In this document: piece by piece, positions 8,165-17,863 of the stretch
Layout: each line of letters starts with the position of its first letter
How positions within the stretch are numbered: the stretch's first letter is position 1
Origin: Candidatus Eiseniibacteriota bacterium
GTDB taxonomy: Bacteria; Arandabacterota; Arandabacteria; Arandabacterales; Arandabacteraceae
Reading direction: 5' to 3'
DNA: 40,624 nucleotides
NCBI GenBank assembly: GCA_043810925.1
Contig: JBDRNT010000158.1
Span: 1 to 40,624 of the forward strand
Position numbers and translations under genes: made by a program
Notes under the pieces: model-generated
What the model was told of the DNA's origin: nothing
Database searches by the model: none
Seen by the model: only the letters and a program-made list of their open reading frames with translations

Positions 8165-9367
8165 CTAGAAGACCCATTTGCAGAGTAGTCCCGTAAAGAT
8201 GGCCACAGGGTTACCGATCGCATAACCGATCAGTGCCATCAGTACCGCCACGGGTACGAGCACGGGATTATGATGTGCGGCAACTATGGGTGCGGATGCG
8301 GCACCGCCTATGTTTGCAGCGGAGGCAATCGCGGTTGTATGCACATCCGTCTTAAAGATTTTCGCGGCCCCGACAAGAAACAAGCCGTGAATGAAGATCC
8401 AGATATACGCACCCAGGAGAAACCATAGAATGGAGGAATCCAGTTTCGAAAGATCGGCTACTGCGCCCATCCGTGCCACAAACAGATAGACGAGCGCCAT
8501 CGCCACCACATGCGAACCCGGTATCCTGCTTGCTTTCGTAAACGAGAGTGCGATTCCAAGACCGGTTACGATTAGAATCTTGTAGGTACCTGCCGTAATG
8601 AAGGCCTGCGTGTCGGCTCCGGATGGGATCTCCGGTAGCAACGCGGCAAGCCACGAGGCCAGGGCGGTTACACCGAAACCCAGGAAGGCCAGATACAAGA
8701 CGTGGCGCATCTCGATCTTCCCGCTCCCCACGCTTAGCTGCGCTGCCGCCTTTTCCACCGAGGCCACACGATCTTTGGGGATGCGCGTGAATCTGTGAAA
8801 CCACCCCGCAAAGTTCTTTGACATCAAGAGGATGGGTAACCAGATAAGGTAGACAGCATTGTCGGAGATCAGGCCGTAGCCGAAGGCAAGACTCGTGTCG
8901 TCCAGTTCAAGGGCCACTGCCGTGGCAGCCATGTTACCCGTCCCACCGATCCAGCTTCCAGCCAGAGCCCCATAGGCTTTCCATGCATCTGGTCCCAGCG
9001 ACTGGAGTCCATGCTTGACAATGAAGAGGGCGATCGGCGCTCCGACGACCACGCCGAGGGTTCCGAGCAGCATCACGATAACACCGCGCCCCATCACCCG
9101 CACCGTTGCGAGAAAATCTACCTGCAAGAGCATCAGCACAAGAAACAGAGGCAGGATGCTCTCGCGCATGAAACCGTAAACGGGTGACTGGGTCGGGATC
9201 ATATGGGCATTGGAGAGTGCGACCGGCACGAGGTATATGAAAATCAAAGGTGGGAAGTAGTTGAACACCTTCCAGCGTGTTCGCTTCTCAAGCAGAAAGA
9301 AGAGTGAGGTGACTCCCGCAAGAACAGCGAGAACTCCGGCTGAAGATCCAATCAGGGCGTTTCCCAC
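8165..9367 (-). CDS. DUF819 family multi-pass membrane protein
   Basis: SD AGGAGG, GTG; motifs LAGSWIGGTGNM and ASAANIGGAASAP; many hydrophobic segments. Confidence 0.88.
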   Translation of the reverse strand: MGNALIGSSAGVLAVLAGVTSLFFLLEKRTRWKVFNYFPPLIFIYLVPVALSNAHMIPTQSPVYGFMRESILPLFLVLMLLQVDFLATVRVMGRGVIVMLLGTLGVVVGAPIALFIVKHGLQSLGPDAWKAYGALAGSWIGGTGNMAATAVALELDDTSLAFGYGLISDNAVYLIWLPILLMSKNFAGWFHRFTRIPKDRVASVEKAAAQLSVGSGKIEMRHVLYLAFLGFGVTALASWLAALLPEIPSGADTQAFITAGTYKILIVTGLGIALSFTKASRIPGSHVVAMALVYLFVARMGAVADLSKLDSSILWFLLGAYIWIFIHGLFLVGAAKIFKTDVHTTAIASAANIGGAASAPIVAAHHNPVLVPVAVLMALIGYAIGNPVAIFTGLLCKWVF

Positions 9368-9481
9368 GCTACGGCCTCCTGTGGCACGATGCCTGACAAT
9401 GCTATCGCGTGCGGAACCGGTGAGACAAGCACAAAGGATACCGGCTCACGACCGCAAGTGCCCGGAATGCCACGCTGTGGT

Positions 9482-9506
9482 TATTAAGTATGGTGTCCCT
9501 GAAATT
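9482..9506 (-). repeat. Dispersed ~25-bp repeat, copy forming the 3' end of the glycosyltransferase gene
   Basis: AATTTCAGGGACACCATACTTAATA; closely similar to copies at 15376, 26850, 28102 and 28155. Confidence 0.7.
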
Positions 9507-10599
9507 CTTCGAAGAAACCGTCGTACTCCCGTGCCGTTGTCTGCCAGTCGTAGTGACGTACAAACGGCTGGGTCACGATCTTCCTTGTCTCTTCTATGTT
9601 CTCGATTCGCTGCCTGAGCCTGAAAACCAGGTCGGTGAAATCCCTGTAAATGTGTTCGTCACGATGCTCCACCGGTATGTGCTCTGGGTATGCGAGACGT
9701 CCGGGCAACAACGGGTAAGTGTTACAGTAGATCGCCTGTACGACGCTGGCGCCGAAGAAATCATGAATTGAAGTCACCGGGATGATGTCCGCCTTCCACA
9801 ACCATGATGCATAGGTGGCGAAGTCATCAACGAAACCGAATTGTACCAGCCGGTCATCTAATTTCGAGACAGCTTCCTCAAAAGCGACAGGCACATATTC
9901 AAACTTCTCCCCAAGCACCGCAACATCGAACACCATCCCCTCTTTCTTGAGTCTGAAGAGTGCCCGGAAGAAATCGTTTGGTTTCTTATCGTATTCCCAC
10001 CGGTGATTCCAGAGAATGAGCGGTCGCTGGTTGTCCGGCCGATCGACGCGACAGCCATCGAACCGGCTGAGATCGATGCCCAGGGGCAGCACATGGGCTT
10101 TTGCCTCGATGGCGCGAACCGTATCCGTCTCGTTGTGATCCGGGAATCTCCGGAGAAATGGGTCAAGCCCGCTCAGGAACGATGTTCGATGGTATTCTGA
10201 GTTGAAGGCGACTGCGTCTGCTGCCAGCGCCGATGCGTAGTTGATGAACCCGTAGTGTAGATCGCGCTGCACGGTTGGATCGGGGTCGCTTTCCGACCAT
10301 GGATAAGTGATCTGATTCTCGTGGAAATACAGCACGGTCCTGGCGTCGCCCAGCCGCTCGCGTGTGAACGCTAGGAACGTGGTGAGATCAAGCATATCCG
10401 TGGCGACAACAAGATCCGGCCTATGATCCGACTCAGCAAGGAGGCGAGCCAGGGTTATGGCCCCACCGTGCATCCGCCACTTCCAGTAGCGGCCCGGTAG
10501 TCCCAGAACACTCACCTCGTGCCGGCTGTGCTCGACATACTCTCTTGCCCAGGCGGCATGGGATCCTGCAAGATAAGGTTCGACGATCAATATCTTCAT
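9484..10599 (-). CDS. DUF3524 / GT4-like glycosyltransferase (GTDC1/QTMAN tRNA-queuosine mannosyltransferase homologue)
   Basis: EPYLAGSH, WKWRMHG, YFHENQ, FNSxYH, WNHRWEYDK, HDFFG and LAYPE motifs characteristic of the DUF3524/GTDC1 family. Confidence 0.88.
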   Translation of the reverse strand: MKILIVEPYLAGSHAAWAREYVEHSRHEVSVLGLPGRYWKWRMHGGAITLARLLAESDHRPDLVVATDMLDLTTFLAFTRERLGDARTVLYFHENQITYPWSESDPDPTVQRDLHYGFINYASALAADAVAFNSEYHRTSFLSGLDPFLRRFPDHNETDTVRAIEAKAHVLPLGIDLSRFDGCRVDRPDNQRPLILWNHRWEYDKKPNDFFRALFRLKKEGMVFDVAVLGEKFEYVPVAFEEAVSKLDDRLVQFGFVDDFATYASWLWKADIIPVTSIHDFFGASVVQAIYCNTYPLLPGRLAYPEHIPVEHRDEHIYRDFTDLVFRLRQRIENIEETRKIVTQPFVRHYDWQTTAREYDGFFEEFQGHHT

Positions 10600-10674
10600 G
10601 GTCACCCCCTGAGTTTAGACGAATAGCGGACCCGGAGCAATGGAATCGATCCGGCCGATTCGGGGGTTTGGCCC

Positions 10675-10703
10675 TTGAGGTTTCGGCGCGCCCGGTGTAT
10701 AAC
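10675..10703 (+). promoter_or_regulatory. Putative sigma70 promoter for the TIR gene
   Basis: TTGAGG-N17-TATAAC, 32 bp before the ATG. Confidence 0.45.
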
Positions 10704-10735
10704 AGGGTTGCACCTATTTCACTCGGGGAGTACTG

Positions 10736-11224
10736 ATGAGAAGAAAAGTCAGAATATTCGTCTCCTACGCCCGTTCAAATAGGGACCTGGCGGCCAGATT
10801 TCTTGACAGGTTCCGCGACCAACTGGCCCCCTCCAAAACTTACAACTACGTATTCTCACGCGACACGGACATACTTGTCGGTGAGGATTGGCACGATGAG
10901 ATCCAGAAAGCAGTCAAGCGGAGCGACGTAGGCCTGCTGCTTGTGAGTCCGGCATTTCTCGGTTCGCAGTACATCACCAAGCACGAACTCCCCAAGTTCA
11001 TAGGGGATAAGGCCCAGCCTGTGTTTCCCGTCATGCTGCAACCCGTCGACTTTGAACGCCACAACCTTAAAGGGCTTCACCGCAAGCAGATATTCCGGCT
11101 CGATAGCCGAAGATTCAGGAACCCGAAGGCCTACGGTGATTGTATCGGGAACCAGCGTGACAGGTTCGTGCAGAGCCTGTTCAGGAAGATCGAGCTGAAA
11201 ATGGACAGTCTCTTCGGAAGTTAG
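10736..11224 (+). CDS. Stand-alone TIR domain protein (TIR_2-like)
   Basis: IFVSYA, DTDILVGEDW, LLLVSPAFLGSQYITKHEL (conserved Glu), PVML; SD GGGGAG. Confidence 0.88.
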   Translation: MRRKVRIFVSYARSNRDLAARFLDRFRDQLAPSKTYNYVFSRDTDILVGEDWHDEIQKAVKRSDVGLLLVSPAFLGSQYITKHELPKFIGDKAQPVFPVMLQPVDFERHNLKGLHRKQIFRLDSRRFRNPKAYGDCIGNQRDRFVQSLFRKIELKMDSLFGS

Positions 11225-11311
11225 ATCGCCGGGGCAGCCCGGCAGTACGTCCCCGGGGGCACCGATTTGTACATCACCCGCGTCAACCATAGTGGGGACA
11301 CGGTTTGAGAC

Positions 11312-11394
11312 AATTCGGTGACAGTTTACAAATTAGCGCTGCTCCCTGCGAAAGATCCCGCGGGTTCCGGCTGGTTTGTAAACTGCCACCGGAT
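11312..11394. repeat. Inverted-repeat pair (REPIN/MITE-like) between convergent genes
   Basis: cggtgacagtttacaaa (11316-11332) and tttgtaaactgccaccg (11375-11391) are 16/17 complementary; related to the dispersed repeat family. Confidence 0.75.
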
Positions 11395-11419
11395 CATCAT
11401 GTCACCGGATTATCACGAA

Positions 11420-12304
11420 TTACTGGACCAGGACTGTTTTGAAACTCATCTTCTCAGACATCGGGAACGACATCTCCTGAGGCCCCTTAATATCGATCAT
11501 GTTCTTCGAGAACATTTCGGATGACCACTCGACAAAGAGCCCCTGCTCATGTGCGAAGTACCAGGTTTCGGTACCCGTCATCGTTCCCTCAACCTTGATG
11601 TCGGCCTCACCCTGCTTGCCTACCCCCGAAACCACACCCGTCACTTCAGTAGTCACCACTGCCGATTCCATTCCCATCATCGGTTCAATTCCGGTGAGCG
11701 TGTGCACGCGTGTCATTGTAACCAGGATGTCAATATCGCCCTCGCTTACTTCAAGAGTGTCCTGCGTTGTCCACATGGCGCCAATCTCCACCGGCGTCGT
11801 GGGCAGGTCAGGAAACACGATCTGGAAATCCGGCCGGATACTGCGCGGCCCCATGGGTCCCGCATCGTACGTGATCGGCTCGGCGTCGGAAACGTCGAGC
11901 TCCTTACCCAGGTTGGACACGAGCAGGGTGAAACTCTTTCCCAGGACTGAGTCGGTGTCGGCAGCATAGTCACCCTGGGGGGTTTCCATTCCCGCTTCCA
12001 TGGCATCAATTGTCACTCTGAGCTCATAGTTGTTGCCTTCCCCACCCTGCGGGGCACAAGTGAACTCATAGAACTTGTGCGCCGTTGTCTCCATCGACAT
12101 GCCCATCATTTCCATGGTCTGATCGGCATTTTGCGTTGACTTGTACTTGAAGACCTCACCTTCGGGCATACGGTATTCGAGGGTGATACCTTTTGGCTTC
12201 TCTGCCACCACGAACTTCTTGGCGCCACATCCCGAAAGAAGAATCGCGGCCAGGGTGATCGCGACCAGGACCAACTGCATGATAGCCGAATACCTATGAC
12301 TCAT
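11420..12304 (-). CDS. Lipoprotein of unknown function (DUF6263-like, beta-rich)
   Basis: SD AGGAGG; lipobox LSG-C; 'LPxxPVEIGxxW' motif. Confidence 0.75.
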   Translation of the reverse strand: MSHRYSAIMQLVLVAITLAAILLSGCGAKKFVVAEKPKGITLEYRMPEGEVFKYKSTQNADQTMEMMGMSMETTAHKFYEFTCAPQGGEGNNYELRVTIDAMEAGMETPQGDYAADTDSVLGKSFTLLVSNLGKELDVSDAEPITYDAGPMGPRSIRPDFQIVFPDLPTTPVEIGAMWTTQDTLEVSEGDIDILVTMTRVHTLTGIEPMMGMESAVVTTEVTGVVSGVGKQGEADIKVEGTMTGTETWYFAHEQGLFVEWSSEMFSKNMIDIKGPQEMSFPMSEKMSFKTVLVQ

Positions 12305-12487
12305 CTCTTTCCTCCTCCTTTAAGAAACACTGAGTACACTTGATCAGGGAGTCTACCACGCCGGCTTAGCGAGGTCAAGGCCACCGAACTCGGCAGGGAC
12401 ATCGGGGCTTGACTTACAGGACTTTCATGGTCAGACTGATAGATGGAGTCACAACCCCTGTTTCTGACTAAATATCCGGAGGTGACT

Positions 12488-14119
12488 ATGCCAAGGAATC
12501 GGAATACCCACTGCTTAGCACTTGCATGCATCATGACAGGCGCGTGTCTGGCAGCCGGGATGCTTGTCCCGGACGCCACGCTCTTCGCCGGTGAGGCCCC
12601 GCTCTGGGGTGATCTTGAGCCTGGCCCTCACGCTGTGGGGTTCACGGCATTCGAGAAGTATGACCATTCCCGTACCTTCCAGCCTAAACGAGACTACTTC
12701 GGAACAGTCCTGCCGGGCGAGAGAGCACGGCCGCTCCAGCTGCTGGTCTGGTATCCGGCAGCGGGAACCGGGGACGAGCTACCCATTGTGCTCAGTGACT
12801 ATGCCTTCACACCACCTGATGAGCAGGGAATGCTTCGATTCCTGTCCGGTATCCAGGATAGGGAGATCGGCTTCCTGTACCAGGTCTTCACCAACAACGA
12901 ACTGGCCGTTCTTGAAGCACTCAGTACGGAAATGTCAGCCATCAGGGATGCGGATCATGCTGACGGCGCTTTCCCGCTTCTTGTCTATCACAGCGCCTTC
13001 AATCGGGGTATTGCCGAGAACGCAGTCATGTGCGAATACCTGGCGAGTCATGGCTTTGTCGTTGCCACCACCCATTCGTTCGGACTGACTGCGGTCAGGG
13101 GGGAACCCGATCCCGCCGGCCTGGAAACCATTGTAGGCGACATGGAATTCGCTATTGCGGCGTTACATGATCTCGACTTCATCGATCATGATAAGCTCGG
13201 CGTTTTCGGGTATCGCAACGGAGCAGACGCTGCGCTCTTACTCCAGATGCGCAGTTACAATATTGATGCCGTTGTAGAGATCGAGCCCGCACTTAGAGAC
13301 TCAGGACTGGCAGAAATGGCTACCGGTAATCCTTACTACGACACCGACAGGATGACGGTACCGCTCCTGGAGTTATACTCGATCGCCGAAAATGGACAGG
13401 AAGAGGCTTCCGTTGAGCCGTTCAAGTACGGCCAACGAACATCACTCGGTTTTCGCAACACCAGAGGGTTCGACTTCACAACCTACGGCCTCCTCCCGGC
13501 GATGTTTCTTCCTCCGGACACGACCGGTGCGGCTCCTCCGTCAAGCGGAGATATCTACGAGGCGGCGTGCGGGTACGTCCTTGACTTCTTCGATGCGCAT
13601 CTTAATGGATCCCGGGCAAGTCTGGAATTCCCGGCGAGTTCATCGCCCGCAAAGGGCCTCGATCCCGACCGGGTGGTTCTGACCGACATGGAAGCGCTGG
13701 AGAGACCACCGAGCCAGGATGAGTTCACGGCGATTCTGGCAGGCGGCGACGTTGAAACCGCCGTTGAGATCTTTCGGAAGTTCCGGGCTGCAGAGCCCGA
13801 CCTGATCCTCTTCCGTGAAGCCGTGATGAATATGACCGGTTACCGCTACCTTCAACGTGGTATGCCCGGTGAGGCTGTCGAACTCTTCAAGATGAACGCG
13901 TATACATATCCCCGGTCGGCCAACTGCTGGGACAGCCTGGCGGAGGCTTATATCGCCGCCGGGGACAACGCACACGCACTTGAGTGCGTCGAAATGATGT
14001 TGGAGGTATTGCCGACCGACGAGAATCTCGGTGACGATCTCCGGCAGGCGCTTGAAACCAATGCGGAGAGCTACAGGGAAATGCTTACAGAAGGCCAGGA
14101 AGAAGCTACTCAGGAATGA
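12488..14119 (+). CDS. Secreted alpha/beta-hydrolase-fold protein with C-terminal TPR; catalytic residues degenerate
   Basis: SD GGAGG; signal peptide; GPHAVGF, VWYPA, EYLASHGFVV; elbow reads GYRNG; TPR 'YPRSANCWDSLAEAY'. Confidence 0.85.
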   Translation: MPRNRNTHCLALACIMTGACLAAGMLVPDATLFAGEAPLWGDLEPGPHAVGFTAFEKYDHSRTFQPKRDYFGTVLPGERARPLQLLVWYPAAGTGDELPIVLSDYAFTPPDEQGMLRFLSGIQDREIGFLYQVFTNNELAVLEALSTEMSAIRDADHADGAFPLLVYHSAFNRGIAENAVMCEYLASHGFVVATTHSFGLTAVRGEPDPAGLETIVGDMEFAIAALHDLDFIDHDKLGVFGYRNGADAALLLQMRSYNIDAVVEIEPALRDSGLAEMATGNPYYDTDRMTVPLLELYSIAENGQEEASVEPFKYGQRTSLGFRNTRGFDFTTYGLLPAMFLPPDTTGAAPPSSGDIYEAACGYVLDFFDAHLNGSRASLEFPASSSPAKGLDPDRVVLTDMEALERPPSQDEFTAILAGGDVETAVEIFRKFRAAEPDLILFREAVMNMTGYRYLQRGMPGEAVELFKMNAYTYPRSANCWDSLAEAYIAAGDNAHALECVEMMLEVLPTDENLGDDLRQALETNAESYREMLTEGQEEATQE

Positions 14120-14143
14120 AGCTACGACCAAACGGAGGATGCC

Positions 14144-15376
14144 ATGGGAACCGACAAGCCTGATGTTACAAGACGGCGCTTTATCTCAACATCACTGACA
14201 GGTCTTGCCGCCGCGGGATTGGCGGGGATCGGCCCCGGACTGGCTGCAGCCCAGGGGGAAAAGAAAGAGCGTGCGGCCGGCGAAGAGGCCAAGCCCGAGA
14301 TGATCTACAGGAATCTGGGTAAAACCGGCATAAATCTTCCCATAGTCAGCATGGGGGCGATGAACTCCGAGAATGCCGAGCTCGTAAAGGCTTCTTATGA
14401 GGCTGGCGTGCGTCACTTCGATACCGCCTCGCTCTATGCATTCGGCCGGAACGAGCAGATGCTCGGCAAGGTGATAAAGGAGATGGGAATCAGGGACAAA
14501 ATCGTATTCGGTACCAAGGAACGGCTTGCACAACGCGCCGATCTCAGTGACGCCGCGGCAAAGGCAAAGTTCATCAAGCTGACCGAGGGCAGTCTCCGGC
14601 GGCTTCAGACCGACTACCTCGACATCGTATACATTCACAGCGTGCAGAACGCCGCTGAATTGAACGACGATGCCGTTTTTTCAGCCATGGATCAGATGAA
14701 GAAGGACGGCAAGGTCCGTGCTACCGGGGTTTCGGCCCATCAGAATATGGCGGAGATAATCGCCAAGGTGACCGAAGACGAGATCTGTGACGTGGTACTT
14801 AGCTCCATGAATGTCTCTCTGGCTGATGATGCGGCGCTGGCGGAGGCAATCAAGAACGCCGGCGCAAAGGGTATAGGGCTCGTAGCGATGAAGACCCAGG
14901 CCGGGGGACGCCGCCTGCCCAATCAGGAATCGTTCGGCAACTACGAAAACGCGACGGTCCAGCAGGCCATGCTCAAGTGGGTGCTGCGTCATGAGGCTAT
15001 CACAACCGCCATTACGGGCTACACCAACTTCGAGCACATGAATGAGGATGTCTCAGTGGGCTTCGATCTCGAGTACACCGAGGATGAGAAGAGATTTCTT
15101 GCTGATAACGAACTTCAGGTAGGGCTGGGATTCTGCCGGCAGTGCCGGCAGTGTCTGGCCAGCTGCCCGCACGGGGTCGAGGTACCGGCGCTGATGCGCA
15201 CCCACATGTATGCAGCCCAGTACTCCAACTTCGGTCAGGCCCGGGCAACGCTGGATGAGATACAGCCGGAGCGGAGCATCGCGAAGTGTACGTCGTGCGA
15301 CACCTGCACCGCCAAGTGTATAAACTCAGTCGACATCGCCTACAGGATCGGAGAACTGAAGCTCATATACACTTGA
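14144..15376 (+). CDS. Tat-signal aldo/keto reductase with C-terminal 4Fe-4S dicluster
   Basis: TRRRFI Tat motif; YRNLGKTG, HFDTASLY, SLRRLQTDYLD; CRQCRQCLASCP and CTSCDTCTAKC. Confidence 0.92.
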   Translation: MGTDKPDVTRRRFISTSLTGLAAAGLAGIGPGLAAAQGEKKERAAGEEAKPEMIYRNLGKTGINLPIVSMGAMNSENAELVKASYEAGVRHFDTASLYAFGRNEQMLGKVIKEMGIRDKIVFGTKERLAQRADLSDAAAKAKFIKLTEGSLRRLQTDYLDIVYIHSVQNAAELNDDAVFSAMDQMKKDGKVRATGVSAHQNMAEIIAKVTEDEICDVVLSSMNVSLADDAALAEAIKNAGAKGIGLVAMKTQAGGRRLPNQESFGNYENATVQQAMLKWVLRHEAITTAITGYTNFEHMNEDVSVGFDLEYTEDEKRFLADNELQVGLGFCRQCRQCLASCPHGVEVPALMRTHMYAAQYSNFGQARATLDEIQPERSIAKCTSCDTCTAKCINSVDIAYRIGELKLIYT

Positions 15377-15399
15377 TTTCGGTGACACCATACTGAACT
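15376..15399 (+). repeat. Dispersed ~25-bp repeat, copy abutting the AKR stop codon
   Basis: ATTTCGGTGACACCATACTGAACT. Confidence 0.7.
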
Positions 15400-15429
15400 G
15401 TCGCCAACCGCGTGAGGTCTGTCCATCCA

Positions 15430-16614
15430 ATGGAAATGCGCAGGATTTATAGACTGATCATTGCTATCACGGCAGCCGGAACCACGGCTCTGGCCATCAC
15501 TGGCTGTGGTCCCAAACCGGATGTCACGCCGGAACCCGAGGCACCGCCTGCCGAGGAAGTTCTCACGCTTGAACAGAGGCATGAGCTCGCCCGGGCCTAC
15601 CTGGACGAGGGCCGGGTCGGAGATGCGGCCGGACACTACCGCGAAATCCTCAAAGAGAATCCCCGTGATTTCGAGGCGAATCTCAACCTCGGGATCGCCC
15701 TTATGACGATGGAAGACGCGAAGTTCATTAACGAGAGAGATTACGGCGAGACCAGACGCCACTTACTCGCCGCGAGAGACCTCGACCGGAATGACCCCGG
15801 ACCGCACGTTCACCTGGGAGCACTTGAGTTTAATGCAGGAAACTACGGCGCTGCAATTGGACATCTCTCCGCGGCCCGCAACCTGGACCGCTCAAACGAA
15901 TCCGTGCATGAGATGCTCGGAGTTTCCATGATCAAGACCGGAGACGAGGACGCGGGGCGGAATGAGTTGGAAACAACGCTTGAAATAAACCCGGACAACC
16001 AGGCCGCCAACTTCGAGCTCGGCAGGATCTACGAGAAGGAGGACAAGAACGGTCCTGCGATGACCCACCTTGAGAGGGCGCTGGGAGCCAATCCCAACCT
16101 GGACATGGCGACATACGTGCTCGAGCGGGTCTACTATGAGGAGGGGCTTTACGATAGGGCAGAGAGGGCCTGCCAAAAGTTCCTGGAGTTCCATCCTGAT
16201 GATATTCAAAGTCTTGAGATCTTGGGCTGGGTCTATCGCAACCAGGAACGCACCGCGGAGATGCTTGAGATCTACGGCAGCCTCACACGCATAGACCCGG
16301 ACAATACCGGCTACTGGAGCCCGCTCATCCAGAACCACATGGAAAACAGCGACTACGCCGAAGCGAAGGATCTGCTCGAAGAGTGTCTCGGGTACAATCC
16401 TTACTACGCATACGGCAATGTGCGTTACGGACAGGTCCTCATGCATTACGGCGACGAGAGCCGGCGAATCGGTAATGTCGAACAGGCACTTGATCTATAC
16501 ACGCGGGCAAGGGAACACTTTCAGAAAGCGAAGATAGACGACCGCTACAAGGCCTCAGCCTCACAGCTGATTGACCATGTCGACAACCTTATACGAAGTA
16601 CCTCTCACCGGTAG
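15430..16614 (+). CDS. TPR-repeat lipoprotein
   Basis: Lipobox ITG-C, Pro/Glu linker, multiple TPR units; the start could also be 15436. Confidence 0.85.
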   Translation: MEMRRIYRLIIAITAAGTTALAITGCGPKPDVTPEPEAPPAEEVLTLEQRHELARAYLDEGRVGDAAGHYREILKENPRDFEANLNLGIALMTMEDAKFINERDYGETRRHLLAARDLDRNDPGPHVHLGALEFNAGNYGAAIGHLSAARNLDRSNESVHEMLGVSMIKTGDEDAGRNELETTLEINPDNQAANFELGRIYEKEDKNGPAMTHLERALGANPNLDMATYVLERVYYEEGLYDRAERACQKFLEFHPDDIQSLEILGWVYRNQERTAEMLEIYGSLTRIDPDNTGYWSPLIQNHMENSDYAEAKDLLEECLGYNPYYAYGNVRYGQVLMHYGDESRRIGNVEQALDLYTRAREHFQKAKIDDRYKASASQLIDHVDNLIRSTSHR

Positions 16615-16709
16615 GGTTGGACTCCGGCGTGTTTCTTTCTTGAAATATCGCCCCGCGTGGTGCATAAGAGCAATATGGCAAGAGCAACCGACCCGGGTAA
16701 GTCCATAAC

Positions 16710-17750
16710 ATGCGAGTAGGCGACAGAAATTACAGGGTCAAACCCGGCCTTACAATATTCCTCGTACTCAGTGTTGTAAGCGCCGTTGTGATCATATATC
16801 TCGCCGGCGATCGCGGCACATGGACCCACCTGAGGGAGCTACGACCACAGTATGGAGTCCTCGCGGCTCTTCTGATGATTGTTCACTGGTGCTCCAACGC
16901 GATCAGATTCAGAATCCTCGTGAACAGTCTGGATAACGACGTGAGTGTCGTTGATTCTTTCAAGGCCTTTATGGCCAATGTGTTCATGGCAGCCGTAACA
17001 CCCTCCCAGACCGGCGGCGGTCCGATGCAGATCTACATGCTGAAACGGGCAGGCGTTCCGATCGCCAAAGGTTTCGCCGGATGCTTGATGGGTGGGGTGC
17101 TGTCCGTATTCTGTCTTATGACGTCGACACTGATCGTGCTACTCGTAAGGCCGGGCGTCAAAGCCGAGTTCGGTGGACATTTGGGTGGTATCTGGACTTC
17201 CGTGGTAGTCGTGTTCTTGATCGTCGTAGCACTGTTTCTAATTTCGATCTTCCGGGTTGGGTGGATCAAGCAAATCATCGGCCGCGGCCTGCTCATCCTC
17301 ACTCTCATAATCAAGACCGAGCGAAGAATCGCGCTCACCAAGCGCGTACTCTGCGGCGTCGATCAGTACCGCAAGAGCCTGACAACATTCGCACGCGCCA
17401 GGAAATCCAAGGTGGCGATCGCCTTGCTCTTCACCATGGTCGGGCTTGGGGCAAACAGCCTTATATCACTTGTGCTTCTATCCGGACTTAATGTCGAATA
17501 CCACGCCCTCAATGTCTTCCTCGTCCAGTTCATACTGTTTTTTATCACTTATTTCGTGCCGACACCCGGGGCAAGCGGCATAGCTGAATTCAGCAGCTAT
17601 TGGATGCTCTCTTCGCTCCATGTCCAGCCCAACATCCTGGGTGTTTACACGGTGATGTGGAGATTCTTCACAAGTTTCATCGGCGTGACGGTCGGCGGGC
17701 TGGTTATCCTCTCGCTGGTCTCACGCCGGAAGCGCGCACCCCGCGTCTGA
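16710..17750 (+). CDS. Lysylphosphatidylglycerol synthase TM-region / UPF0104 flippase-like membrane protein
   Basis: TPSQTGGGP, PTPGASGIAE and WRFFT motifs; multi-pass membrane protein. Confidence 0.9.
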   Translation: MRVGDRNYRVKPGLTIFLVLSVVSAVVIIYLAGDRGTWTHLRELRPQYGVLAALLMIVHWCSNAIRFRILVNSLDNDVSVVDSFKAFMANVFMAAVTPSQTGGGPMQIYMLKRAGVPIAKGFAGCLMGGVLSVFCLMTSTLIVLLVRPGVKAEFGGHLGGIWTSVVVVFLIVVALFLISIFRVGWIKQIIGRGLLILTLIIKTERRIALTKRVLCGVDQYRKSLTTFARARKSKVAIALLFTMVGLGANSLISLVLLSGLNVEYHALNVFLVQFILFFITYFVPTPGASGIAEFSSYWMLSSLHVQPNILGVYTVMWRFFTSFIGVTVGGLVILSLVSRRKRAPRV

Positions 17751-17863
17751 CAGCCGCCGGCCAAGCCTCTTTCTCAGTCTCAATGGCTTCATCGGGTCAC
17801 CGGTGCCGTGCAGTGATTCAGGAGCTGCGCACGTCTCATGGAGTGAGGGAGGGGGGAATTGAG

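Noticed and set aside
10736-11224. Complete Thoeris/CBASS-type defence system
   Set aside because: No SIR2/Macro/TM effector, cyclase or other defence gene is adjacent.
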